Assembly (NCBI GenBank): GCA_022649305.1
Contig: JALCNW010000009.1
Coordinates: 20,059 to 84,058, forward strand
Length of the DNA: 64,000 nt
Direction: 5' to 3'
Origin: Enterobacter sp.
Lineage (GTDB): Bacteria; Pseudomonadota; Gammaproteobacteria; Enterobacterales; Enterobacteriaceae
The position numbers and the translations under genes are program-made. Below the pieces are notes generated by a model. The model ran no database searches, was not told the DNA's origin, and saw nothing but the letters and a program-made list of their open reading frames with translations. Numbering within the stretch: position 1 is the stretch's first letter; each line of letters opens with the position of its first letter. This document shows positions 45,172-54,536 of this stretch, one piece after another.

Positions 45172-47496
45172 GTGCGATTATCTTGTCTGTTACGCTCCCG
45201 CTGGCTCTGGCTGGCGGGAGCGCTTCTCGTTTTATGGGGGCTGATTGTTGCTGCCGATCGTCTGTGGCCGCTGCCGCTTAAAGAAGTTAACCCGGCGCGC
45301 GTTGTCGTGGATGAAAAGGGAGCCCCCCTATGGCGGTTTGCCGATAGCGAAGGGATCTGGCGCTACCCGGTTACCATCGAAGAAGTCTCGCCTCGTTACC
45401 TTGAGGCCTTGATCCAGTATGAAGATCGCTGGTTCTGGGATCATCCAGGCGTCAATCCGTTCTCCGTTCTCCGTGCAGCATGGCAGGATCTTAGCTCAGG
45501 CAAGGTCGTCTCTGGCGGCAGCACGCTGACAATGCAGGTGGCTCGCCTGCTGGATCCGCACCCCCGTACTTTTGGCGGAAAGATTCGCCAGCTCTGGCGC
45601 GCTATGCAGCTGGAGTGGCACCTGTCTAAACGCGATATTTTGACCCTTTATCTTAACCGGGCACCCTTTGGCGGGACGCTTCAGGGCGTTGGGGCCGCAA
45701 GCTGGTCGTATCTGGGGAAATCTCCCGCTCAGTTAAGCTATTCAGAAGCCGCGCTGCTGGCAGTATTGCCTCAGGCTCCCAGTCGTCTGAGGCCAGACCG
45801 CTGGCCGGAACGCGCTGAAGTCGCGCGTAATAAAGTGCTTGAGCGGATGGTCACTCAGGGGGTCTGGACTGCGCAACAGGTCAAAGAGTCCCGGGAAGAA
45901 CCGGTGTGGCTCTCGCCACGGCAAATGCCGCAACTGGCGCCGCTGTTTTCGCGCATGATGTTGAGCAAAAGTCGTGACAGTAAAATTGTGACGACGCTCG
46001 ATGCTTCGCTCCAGCGTCAGCTTGAAGAGCTGGCGATGAACTGGAAGTCGCGATTGCCTCCGCGCAGTTCACTGGCGATGATCGTGGTCGATCACACCAC
46101 TATGAAAGTTCGCGGTTGGGTGGGGTCTGTCGACATTAACGATGACAGTCGCTTTAGCCATGTTGATATGGTCAGTGCGATCCGATCGCCGGGATCGGTC
46201 CTGAAACCCTTTATTTACGGCATGGCATTAGATGAAGGTCTGATCCATCCGGCATCATTATTACAAGATGTTCCCCGTCGAACGGGGGATTATCGGCCCG
46301 GTAATTTCGACAGCGGATTTCATGGCCCTGTCAGCATGAGCGAAGCGCTGGTCCGCTCCCTCAACCTCCCTGCCGTGCAGGTGCTTGAGGCCTATGGTCC
46401 AAAACGTTTCGCCGGGATGCTGAGCAATGCAGGCCTCCCGTTAATACTTCCGGCGGGTGCGCAGCCAAATCTATCGCTGATTCTTGGTGGGGCAGGTGCG
46501 CGGCTGGCGGAGATCACCGCGGCTTACAGCGCGTTTGCGCGGGAAGGTAAGGCAGGGCGGTTACGCTTGCAGCCTGGCGATCCGCTTATCGAGCGTCCGC
46601 TACTTTCCCCGGGAGCCGCGTGGATTATTCGTCGAATTTTAGGCAATGAGGCCCAACCCCTGCCGGACGACGCTTTACCGCAGGTTGCTCCGCTGGCGTG
46701 GAAAACGGGTACCAGCTACGGCTACCGCGATGCCTGGGCCGTTGGCCTCAACGCGCGTTATTTGATTGGCATCTGGACCGGTCGCCCGGACGGTACACCG
46801 GTTGCCGGGCAGTTTGGTTTTGCCAGTGCGGTTCCGCTGTTAAACCAGGTTAATAACATGCTTCAGTCGCGCTCAACCCTTGACGAAGCGCGTCTGCCGC
46901 GAGATCCAAGACCCGAGACGGTTAGCCGTGGAACGATCTGCTGGCCGGGTGGGCAATCATTACCGCCAGGCAGCGAAAATTGTCGACGCAGGCTTGCGAC
47001 CTGGCTGCTTGACGGCAGCCAGCCACCCACGCTCTTATTGCCAGAGCAGGAAGGTATCAGGGGCATTCATTTCCCCATCTGGCTGGATAACGAAGGTAAA
47101 CGCGTTGCTGCCGATTGCTCAGGCGCACGTCAGAAAATCTTAGATGTCTGGCCTTTACCGCTTGAGCCCTGGTTACCGCCCTCTGAAAGACGGTCTATGC
47201 GCCTTCCGACACCTTCTGCCATCTGTCCACCGATGAACGCGATAGGTGCCGCACCGCTGATTTTATCGGGCGTGCGTGAAGGCGCGGTGATTAGGCGTTT
47301 ACCTGGCCAGGAAAATGTTCATCTGCCAGTCATCACATCTGGTGGTGAAGGACGACGCTGGTGGTTTGTGAATGGTGAAGCCTTAAATGTGACGGCTTCA
47401 GGCACGACATTGACGTTAGATTCTCCCGGCAGCTATCAGCTGGTGGTGATGGATGAAGAGGGGCAAACGGTGGCGGTGAATTTTGAATTACGCTAG
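45172..47496 (+). CDS. pbpC: Penicillin-binding protein 1C
   Basis: Glycosyltransferase motif YEDRWFWDHPGVN, RSPGSVLKPF (SxxK) and KTGTS. The start is uncertain: GTG 45172, 1 nt after the yfhM stop, or TTG 45157 as in the ORF track. Confidence 0.92.
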   Translation: MRLSCLLRSRWLWLAGALLVLWGLIVAADRLWPLPLKEVNPARVVVDEKGAPLWRFADSEGIWRYPVTIEEVSPRYLEALIQYEDRWFWDHPGVNPFSVLRAAWQDLSSGKVVSGGSTLTMQVARLLDPHPRTFGGKIRQLWRAMQLEWHLSKRDILTLYLNRAPFGGTLQGVGAASWSYLGKSPAQLSYSEAALLAVLPQAPSRLRPDRWPERAEVARNKVLERMVTQGVWTAQQVKESREEPVWLSPRQMPQLAPLFSRMMLSKSRDSKIVTTLDASLQRQLEELAMNWKSRLPPRSSLAMIVVDHTTMKVRGWVGSVDINDDSRFSHVDMVSAIRSPGSVLKPFIYGMALDEGLIHPASLLQDVPRRTGDYRPGNFDSGFHGPVSMSEALVRSLNLPAVQVLEAYGPKRFAGMLSNAGLPLILPAGAQPNLSLILGGAGARLAEITAAYSAFAREGKAGRLRLQPGDPLIERPLLSPGAAWIIRRILGNEAQPLPDDALPQVAPLAWKTGTSYGYRDAWAVGLNARYLIGIWTGRPDGTPVAGQFGFASAVPLLNQVNNMLQSRSTLDEARLPRDPRPETVSRGTICWPGGQSLPPGSENCRRRLATWLLDGSQPPTLLLPEQEGIRGIHFPIWLDNEGKRVAADCSGARQKILDVWPLPLEPWLPPSERRSMRLPTPSAICPPMNAIGAAPLILSGVREGAVIRRLPGQENVHLPVITSGGEGRRWWFVNGEALNVTASGTTLTLDSPGSYQLVVMDEEGQTVAVNFELR

Positions 47497-47615
47497 ATAA
47501 TATTTAATATATAAATGCATCATTCAATTTTCATTTGTTATTTATATAATTAACCTGTTTGTCACTGCGAGTGATTATTATTACAAATACAGTGAAGCCA
47601 TCCTGACAGGTTATA

Positions 47616-47629
47616 TTGATAATCATCAA
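47616..47629. promoter_or_regulatory. FNR box (perfect consensus) upstream of the DMSO-reductase-family cluster
   Basis: TTGAT-aatc-ATCAA, centred about 59.5 nt upstream of ATG 47682. GAGAAT is a possible -10 at 47651-56, consistent with a class II (-41.5) promoter. Confidence 0.75.
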
Positions 47630-47681
47630 TGTCCCTTCAAATGAAAAAGCGAGAATGCTTTTTTGTTTGAAGGAACGAATA

Positions 47682-50060
47682 ATGAAAGATACTAAAAACC
47701 ACGGAGATGAGGTTTTACCGTCTGTTTCCCGGCGTCACTTTATTCAGGCAAGCTCCGCATTAATTGCGCTGCCTTTTGTCTCGCTGCCTGTGCGCAGTGA
47801 GTCTACGCCAACGTCTATCACTGCGCCAAATATGCCTGAAAAGGTCGTGCAGACGTGCAGCACCTTTGACTGCGGTGGTAAATGCGATATTCGGGCGCAC
47901 GTCAGCGACGGAGTAGTCACACGTATTTCCACTCGTCCTGATAATGCCCTGGATCCCGACATGCCGGTTATGCGTGCCTGCGTTCGCGGACGAAGCTATC
48001 GAAAATTTGTCTATCATCCGGACCGGCTTAAATATCCGATGAAACGCGTTGGCAAGCGCGGTGAAGGAAAGTTTGAACGTATTTCCTGGGATGAAGCCAC
48101 CACGCTTATTGCGGATAATCTCAAGACATTGACGGCGCAATACGGCGTAGCATCGCGCTATGTTCATGTGGGCACTGCCGTTTCCGGCGGAACCTTTTCC
48201 GGCGATATTATGGCCCGTCGTTTGCTGAATTTAACCGGCGGCTATCTTGAGAGCTATCATTCCGTCAGCATGGGCAACACGGCTGCCGCCACGCCTTATA
48301 CCTACGGCACGGCCGCCAGCGGAAACTCGCTGGATACGTTGCGTGATACCAGGCTAGTTATCCTGTGGGGCCACAATCCAACAGAGACGATTTTTGGCCA
48401 TAGCAACCATTTCTTCCAGAAGATGAAACAAAACGGTACCCGCTTTATCGTGGTCGATCCGCGCTATTCCGACACCGTTTCGTCGCTGGCCGATCAATGG
48501 ATCCCGCTTCTGCCAACCACCGATAATGCGTTAATGGACGCGATGATGTACGTCATCATCACCGAAAATCTGCATGACAGCCACTTTGTTCAGCGCTATA
48601 CCCTGGGCTTTGATGAAGCGTCAATGCCTGAAGGCGTGCCGACGAATGAATCCCTGATGGCGTATCTGACCGGGGCAAAAGATGGCGTTGCCAAAACGCC
48701 GGAATGGGCGGAGAAAATCACCCATGTTCCGGCGCAGACGATTCGCCAACTGGCGCGTGACTATGCGACAACCAAGCCCGCAGCATTAATTCAGGGGTGG
48801 GGACCTCAGCGCCATAACTGCGGGGAGCGCACCGCGCGTGGCTCTACGCTGCTGGCAACGATAACTGGAAACGTGGGCAATCATGGTGGCTGGGCGGCAG
48901 GCTATGGCGGCTGCGCAAACCGTAAATTTACCGTCGGGCCTGAAATGCCAGACAACGCGGTAAAAGCCAAAATTTCGGTGATGAACTGGATGCAAGCCGC
49001 AGACGATGCCGCCAAAGTCACGTCTGAGGATGGGCTAAAAGGCGTTGAAAAGCTGGACAGTAACATTCGCATTCTGTTCTCGCTTGCCGGGAACTACCTG
49101 GCGAATCAAAACCCCGATCTCCATCAGGCAACACGGATCCTGGAAGATGAATCAAAGATTCGCTTCATTGTCGCAAGCGATCTCTTTATGACGCCAAGCG
49201 CTAAATATGCCGATCTGCTGTTGCCGGAAACCAGCTTTATGGAGCGCTGGAACATCGGGGAAACCTGGGGAACGGCAAGTTATCTGATGCTTTCCGAAAA
49301 GCTGATCGAGCCTGAGTTTGAACGTCGCTCTGACTATGACTGGCTGCGTGAAGTGGCGAAAAAGCTAGGTATTGAAGCCGAGTTCAGCCAGGGGCGTGAT
49401 GAGAAAGCCTGGATCGAGCACATCTGGGAGCAGACTCGCTTGTCGATGCCAGATGAAAATCTGCCAGACTTTGCGACGCTGCAAAAAACTCGCCAGCATC
49501 TGTTTAAAAGCGCGCCGTTTATCGCCTTTGAAGACAACATTCGCGATCCTGAAAATCATCCTTTCCTGACGCCGTCCGGAAAGATAGAGATTTTCTCGAA
49601 GCGTTTGTACGACATGAATCATCCGGAAAAACCCGCGCTGTCACACTACGTTCCCGCGCATGAAGGACCGGAAGATGCACTGGCGAAAACCTTCCCGCTT
49701 CAGTTGATCACGTGGAAAGGCAAGAACCGCGCAAACTCCACGCAGTATGCCAACCCGTGGCTTCTTGAGGTTCAGGAGCAAAAACTGTGGATCAACCCGC
49801 AGGATGCAGAAAGCCGTGGTATTAAACAGGGTGATGCGGTGCGTATTCATAACGAACGCGGCGTGTGCCAAATCCCGGCGGAGGTCACGCCGCGTATTAT
49901 TCCAGGCGTTGTGGCGATGCAGGCGGGAGCCTGGTGGCAGCCTGATGAACAGGGGGTCGATCGCGGCGGTTGCGCCAATGTGCTGAGCTCTGCTCGTATC
50001 ACCGCTCTGGCGAAAGGGAATTCACATCAAACCATGCTGGTGGAGGTAGCAAAAGCATGA
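47682..50060 (+). CDS. Molybdopterin oxidoreductase catalytic subunit, DmsA/YnfE family (Tat-exported)
   Basis: 792 aa from ATG 47682 (AAGGAA SD). Twin-arginine signal SRRHFIQASSAL, FS0 Cys group CSTFDCGGKC...ACVRGR, and strong collinearity with DmsA (DRLKYPMKRVGKRGEGKFERISW). Confidence 0.9.
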   Translation: MKDTKNHGDEVLPSVSRRHFIQASSALIALPFVSLPVRSESTPTSITAPNMPEKVVQTCSTFDCGGKCDIRAHVSDGVVTRISTRPDNALDPDMPVMRACVRGRSYRKFVYHPDRLKYPMKRVGKRGEGKFERISWDEATTLIADNLKTLTAQYGVASRYVHVGTAVSGGTFSGDIMARRLLNLTGGYLESYHSVSMGNTAAATPYTYGTAASGNSLDTLRDTRLVILWGHNPTETIFGHSNHFFQKMKQNGTRFIVVDPRYSDTVSSLADQWIPLLPTTDNALMDAMMYVIITENLHDSHFVQRYTLGFDEASMPEGVPTNESLMAYLTGAKDGVAKTPEWAEKITHVPAQTIRQLARDYATTKPAALIQGWGPQRHNCGERTARGSTLLATITGNVGNHGGWAAGYGGCANRKFTVGPEMPDNAVKAKISVMNWMQAADDAAKVTSEDGLKGVEKLDSNIRILFSLAGNYLANQNPDLHQATRILEDESKIRFIVASDLFMTPSAKYADLLLPETSFMERWNIGETWGTASYLMLSEKLIEPEFERRSDYDWLREVAKKLGIEAEFSQGRDEKAWIEHIWEQTRLSMPDENLPDFATLQKTRQHLFKSAPFIAFEDNIRDPENHPFLTPSGKIEIFSKRLYDMNHPEKPALSHYVPAHEGPEDALAKTFPLQLITWKGKNRANSTQYANPWLLEVQEQKLWINPQDAESRGIKQGDAVRIHNERGVCQIPAEVTPRIIPGVVAMQAGAWWQPDEQGVDRGGCANVLSSARITALAKGNSHQTMLVEVAKA

Positions 50061-50686
50061 GCCAATTTAAACAATACCCGGCGGTAAGCGATAAACAGCT
50101 GGGCTTCTTTATCGACTCTTCGCGCTGCTCAGGCTGCAAAGCCTGCCAGGTCGCGTGCAAAGATAAAAATAATCTTGAAGTTGGGCGACGTTTTCGCCGT
50201 GTTTATGACGTGAGCGGCGGGAGTTTTATTCCTACCGGGCAGGGTGGCGTGAGCAACAACGTGTTTGCCTACACGCTGTCAATCTCATGCAATCACTGCG
50301 CGGACCCTATTTGCACCAAAAACTGCCCTACCACGGCGATGCACAAGCGTGCGGGTGACGGCATCGTGCGCGTGGATACCGATAAATGCGTGGGTTGCGG
50401 ATATTGCGCCTGGTCTTGTCCTTACGGTGCGCCGCAGCTCAATGAGCAGACCGGGCAAATGTCCAAATGTGATTTCTGTGTGGATCTACAGGCCAAAGGG
50501 GAGTTGCCCGTCTGCGTAGCGACCTGTCCACTGGATGCCATTAAATTCGGACCGATTGACGAATTGCGTGCCAAATACGGGACGGTATGTGACGTGAAAG
50601 GGCTGCCGGATTCATCGATAACCCAGCCCAATCTGGTGATTAAAGCGCATCAGGGCGCAGAGAAAGAGGGGACACGTCATGCATGA
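50057..50686 (+). CDS. 4x[4Fe-4S] electron-transfer subunit, DmsB family
   Basis: 209 aa with ATGA overlap to the A subunit. Four Cys groups: CSGCKACQVAC, CNHCADPICTKNCP, CVGCGYCAWSCP, CDFC...CVATCP. Confidence 0.9.
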   Translation: MSQFKQYPAVSDKQLGFFIDSSRCSGCKACQVACKDKNNLEVGRRFRRVYDVSGGSFIPTGQGGVSNNVFAYTLSISCNHCADPICTKNCPTTAMHKRAGDGIVRVDTDKCVGCGYCAWSCPYGAPQLNEQTGQMSKCDFCVDLQAKGELPVCVATCPLDAIKFGPIDELRAKYGTVCDVKGLPDSSITQPNLVIKAHQGAEKEGTRHA

Positions 50687-51500
50687 ATTACCGCTGCTCG
50701 TTTTTACCCTTTTCCTGCAAGGCTCGGTTGGCGTCACGCTCTGGCTGGCGTTTGGACCTAAACCGGAGGTGGGGGCGTTGGTCGTGCGTCAGCGCGTATT
50801 TCCGATCGCGGCGACGGCCTTTGTGCTTGCCTGTATCGGTCTGCTCGCGTCAACGCTGCATATGGGCTATCCACTTAATGCCCTTAATGCACTGCGACAC
50901 GTCTCCAGCTCGTGGCTGAGTCGCGAAATTGTCTTCGCGAGCCTTTATCTGGCGTTTCTTGGGCTTGCTTCACTCTTGCTGCTCGTTAAAAAGCCTGGAT
51001 GGAAAGCGCTTTTAGTCGTAGCGGCCTTGCTGGGTGCGGTGGATGTATTTTGCATGGCGCAAATCTATATCCATACCTCGGTAGTGACCTGGCAGCATAT
51101 GAACACGCTAATCCTGTTTTTTGGTTCAGTCGGGATTATCGGTTCGGTGATTATTGCGCTCGCCTACATGAACAACGCACACCTGCGCAAGACGGTGACG
51201 CTTCGTGTCGCTGCCGCTGTGGTGATGCTTGTGGTACTGATTCGCCTGATTGTGCAGCCTGTCTGGCTTGCAGATATCGCCGCAGCGGATGCTTCAGTCG
51301 TGACCTTGCCGCACCAACCTTTGTTGATGCTGCAACAGATGCAGAGCTTCCATCTGCTGAGCGTTTGCCTGTCGGTGATGGGGGTGTTGGGGTTTGTTCT
51401 GGCGATGTTCAGACATAACCGGCTGGGGATTGTGGCGAGCAGTATTGTCCTGGTCGTTGGCGAAGTCATGCTGCGCTACGTCTTTTTTAGTATTGGCTAA
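50679..51500 (+). CDS. Membrane anchor subunit, DmsC family
   Basis: 273 aa, about 8 hydrophobic helices. 8-nt overlap with the B subunit. Confidence 0.8.
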   Translation: MHELPLLVFTLFLQGSVGVTLWLAFGPKPEVGALVVRQRVFPIAATAFVLACIGLLASTLHMGYPLNALNALRHVSSSWLSREIVFASLYLAFLGLASLLLLVKKPGWKALLVVAALLGAVDVFCMAQIYIHTSVVTWQHMNTLILFFGSVGIIGSVIIALAYMNNAHLRKTVTLRVAAAVVMLVVLIRLIVQPVWLADIAAADASVVTLPHQPLLMLQQMQSFHLLSVCLSVMGVLGFVLAMFRHNRLGIVASSIVLVVGEVMLRYVFFSIG

Positions 51501-52360
51501 TGGTCAAGCTGACCTTTGACCCGGCGATGGAGGTCACGCAGGAATGCGTCCGTCGCCGCTTTCGCTTCGCTTCTTGTCAGGCCTGCGCGGACGTTTGTCC
51601 GGCGCAGGCCTTGACGTCTTCGCAAGGGGGGATCTTGCCCGATGCCACGCGCTGCATTCAGTGCGGCAATTGTCTGTTCGTTTGCCCGACGAAAGCGATT
51701 GCTGGCGTAACGCCCAATACGCGGCACTACTGCGGCGATACGTTGGTCGGGCCTTTCTCACCCTATGCGCCAACCGTCAATGAACTGCTCATCTGGCACC
51801 GCGAGTATGGGATCCGCTTTATCGCTATAGCGCTTGAGCAGTACGAGAGTTGGGCGCTGTCCATCGCGCGCCTCAACCTTGTACTAAAGCAGTGTGGCGA
51901 GCCAATCTGGAAGGTTAAGTCGCCTGAGGCAAAAGCCATTAACATTGCCCGACGCAGCTTTTTTCACGCACCACAAGAAAATGTTGAGACCGCGGCTGTC
52001 CGTCCGGGCTTGCGATACCTGCGCCAACTGTTCAGGGAGCAAAGCGAGATAACGCCAACGATAGATTCGTCGCTCTGCGTGATGTGCAGCGCCTGCTGGC
52101 GAGCCTGTCCGGAAAAAGCGATCCGCTTTGAAAACGGCGAAATCATTCTGGAATCTGCGCGTTGTACGGGCTGTAGCAGCTGCGAGGCGGTATGTCAGCA
52201 TCGGTCGATAACGCTGGATAAAACGAGGAGGCCCGCGCAGGTTAAACGAATAACCGCCTGTGCCCGGGAGTGCTTGTCATGCCATCGCGAATTTTGGGCA
52301 TTTGACGCGCAAGCGTCGCATTGTTCCCTTTGTCAAAATCACCTGTATAGAATGCGTTGA
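51500..52360 (+). CDS. Poly-ferredoxin-like 4Fe-4S protein of unknown role
   Basis: 286 aa with TAATG overlap to the anchor gene. Motifs CQACADVCP, CIQCGNCLFVCP, CVMCSACWRACP and CTGCSSCEAVC, plus a C-terminal CLSC-x15-CSLC. No signal peptide or TM segment seen. Confidence 0.75.
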   Translation: MVKLTFDPAMEVTQECVRRRFRFASCQACADVCPAQALTSSQGGILPDATRCIQCGNCLFVCPTKAIAGVTPNTRHYCGDTLVGPFSPYAPTVNELLIWHREYGIRFIAIALEQYESWALSIARLNLVLKQCGEPIWKVKSPEAKAINIARRSFFHAPQENVETAAVRPGLRYLRQLFREQSEITPTIDSSLCVMCSACWRACPEKAIRFENGEIILESARCTGCSSCEAVCQHRSITLDKTRRPAQVKRITACARECLSCHREFWAFDAQASHCSLCQNHLYRMR

Positions 52361-52498
52361 TGAATTCTGTTGCTAATACTCGTCTTATTTTAAAAAAATG
52401 TTACCTGCATCCATAGGCAATAACGACATTGCTCATTATAATCCGCGCCACACCATACTGCGGTATGCAAAACAACAGAACACATTACAGAGGTAAAC

Positions 52499-52930
52499 AT
52501 GACTATTGAACGTACTTTTTCCATCATCAAACCAAACGCGGTGGCAAAAAACGTTATTGGCAACATCTTTGCTCGCTTTGAATCTGCAGGGTTCAAAATT
52601 GTTGGCACCAAAATGTTGCACCTGACCGTTGAGCAGGCTCGTGGTTTCTATGCTGAACATGACGGCAAGCCTTTCTTTGATGGTCTGGTTGAGTTCATGA
52701 CCTCTGGTCCAATCGTGGTTTCTGTGCTGGAAAGCGAAAACGCGGTACAGCGTCACCGCGATCTGATGGGTGCCACTAACCCAGCTAACGCACTGGCAGG
52801 TACTCTGCGCGCTGATTACGCTGACAGCTTCACAGAGAACGGCACCCACGGTTCCGATTCTGTAGAATCTGCTGCTCGCGAAATTGCTTACTTCTTCGCT
52901 GAAGGCGAAGTGTGCGCTCGCACGCGTTAA
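52499..52930 (+). CDS. ndk: Nucleoside diphosphate kinase
   Basis: 143 aa beginning [21 protein letters not shown], with active-site NGTHGSDS. Confidence 0.98.
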   Translation: MTIERTFSIIKPNAVAKNVIGNIFARFESAGFKIVGTKMLHLTVEQARGFYAEHDGKPFFDGLVEFMTSGPIVVSVLESENAVQRHRDLMGATNPANALAGTLRADYADSFTENGTHGSDSVESAAREIAYFFAEGEVCARTR

Positions 52931-52988
52931 TAATTTCGTAAATGCCGCGTGCAAACGTGGCATCCCTGCGCCAGAATTTGTACAATGC

Positions 52989-53030
52989 AACGCCCCGGAA
53001 GAGCAGAACGCTTGCCGGGGCGTTTCTTTT
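52989..53030 (+). terminator. ndk intrinsic terminator
   Basis: AACGCCCCGG...CCGGGGCGTT followed by TCTTTT. Confidence 0.8.
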
Positions 53031-53077
53031 CAACCCTCCACGGGCCATAACGTGTAACAACGAGGCCGGAAAATATT

Positions 53078-54244
53078 ATGTCTGAATTAGTTAATACCTC
53101 CGAAGTTGTCATTGCTGCTGCTCCCACTAAAAATGGAAAAATCAACCTGTTGGATTTGAATCGTCAGCAGATGCGTGAGTTTTTCAAAGATATGGGCGAA
53201 AAGCCGTTTCGTGCCGATCAGGTGATGAAATGGATGTACCACTATTGCAGCGACAGCTTTGATGACATGACTGACATCAACAAAGTGCTGCGAAACAAAC
53301 TGAAAGAAGTCGCCGAGATCCGCGCGCCTGAAGTGGTGGAAGAGCAGCGCTCAGCCGATGGCACTATCAAATGGGCAATCGCTGTTGGCGATCAGCGCGT
53401 CGAAACCGTGTACATCCCGGAAGAAGACCGCGCGACGCTGTGCGTTTCTTCTCAGGTAGGTTGCGCACTGGAGTGCAAATTCTGTTCGACTGCGCAACAG
53501 GGCTTTAACCGTAACCTGCGCGTGTCTGAAATTATCGGCCAGGTATGGCGTGCAGCGAAAATTGTTGGTGCAGCAAAAATCACGGGTACTCGTCCTATCA
53601 CCAACGTGGTGATGATGGGGATGGGTGAACCTTTGCTGAACTTGACCAACGTGGTGCCAGCGATGGAAATCATGCTGGACGATTTCGGCTTTGGCCTGTC
53701 TAAGCGTCGCGTCACGCTCTCTACCTCCGGCGTTGTTCCTGCACTGGATAAACTGGGCGATATGATTGACGTTGCGCTGGCCATCTCTTTGCATGCGCCA
53801 AACGACGAAATTCGTGACGAAATTGTACCTATCAATAAAAAGTACAATATCGAAACCTTCCTTGCTGCGGTCCGTCGCTATCTTGAAAAATCCAACGCCA
53901 ATCAGGGCCGAGTGACGATTGAGTACGTCATGCTGGATCACATCAACGATGAAACCGATCATGCGCATCAGCTGGCAGACCTGCTGAAAGATACGCCATG
54001 CAAGATTAATCTGATTCCATGGAACCCGTTCCCCGGCGCGCCGTATGGCCGTAGCTCTAACAGCCGTATCGACCGTTTCTCCAAGGTGTTGATGGACTAT
54101 GGTTTTACAACCATTGTGCGTAAAACCCGTGGCGACGATATCGATGCAGCCTGTGGACAGCTGGCGGGAGAGGTCATCGATCGTACCAAACGCACGCTGC
54201 GCAAGCGCATGCAGGGAGAGACGATCGAGGTTAAAGCGGTTTAA
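53078..54244 (+). CDS. rlmN: Dual-specificity RNA methyltransferase RlmN (radical SAM)
   Basis: 388 aa with radical-SAM motif CALECKFC. Collinear with E. coli RlmN. Confidence 0.97.
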   Translation: MSELVNTSEVVIAAAPTKNGKINLLDLNRQQMREFFKDMGEKPFRADQVMKWMYHYCSDSFDDMTDINKVLRNKLKEVAEIRAPEVVEEQRSADGTIKWAIAVGDQRVETVYIPEEDRATLCVSSQVGCALECKFCSTAQQGFNRNLRVSEIIGQVWRAAKIVGAAKITGTRPITNVVMMGMGEPLLNLTNVVPAMEIMLDDFGFGLSKRRVTLSTSGVVPALDKLGDMIDVALAISLHAPNDEIRDEIVPINKKYNIETFLAAVRRYLEKSNANQGRVTIEYVMLDHINDETDHAHQLADLLKDTPCKINLIPWNPFPGAPYGRSSNSRIDRFSKVLMDYGFTTIVRKTRGDDIDAACGQLAGEVIDRTKRTLRKRMQGETIEVKAV

Positions 54245-54536
54245 TCAAGATGCAGTCACGGCGCGGTTAGGTGCCGTGGCTTATAATCTTACTGAATAAT
54301 TAATCAACTTCATTATGAATGATTAATAATTACGGTGCGTTTCTTACGACTTTAAGGCAGTATGTAACGTCGTAACAATAGTTTAGCCTCGTGAGCATGG
54401 ATGCACTGTCATCTAAGGCCTGACAGCCTTATACTGTCGGTCTATTGGCTAACTGACCAGAAGTTTCGCGGTGCGGGTGGCATTGTGACTGACCGGCACC
54501 TGAACCCTAATTTACACGTACCAGTAGTTGTAGCGA

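Noticed and set aside
52960-52990. TACAAT -10-like hexamer just upstream of the ndk terminator, suggesting a tiny transcript
   Set aside because: A transcript starting here would consist only of the terminator hairpin. This is more likely a chance hexamer or part of the rlmN promoter region.
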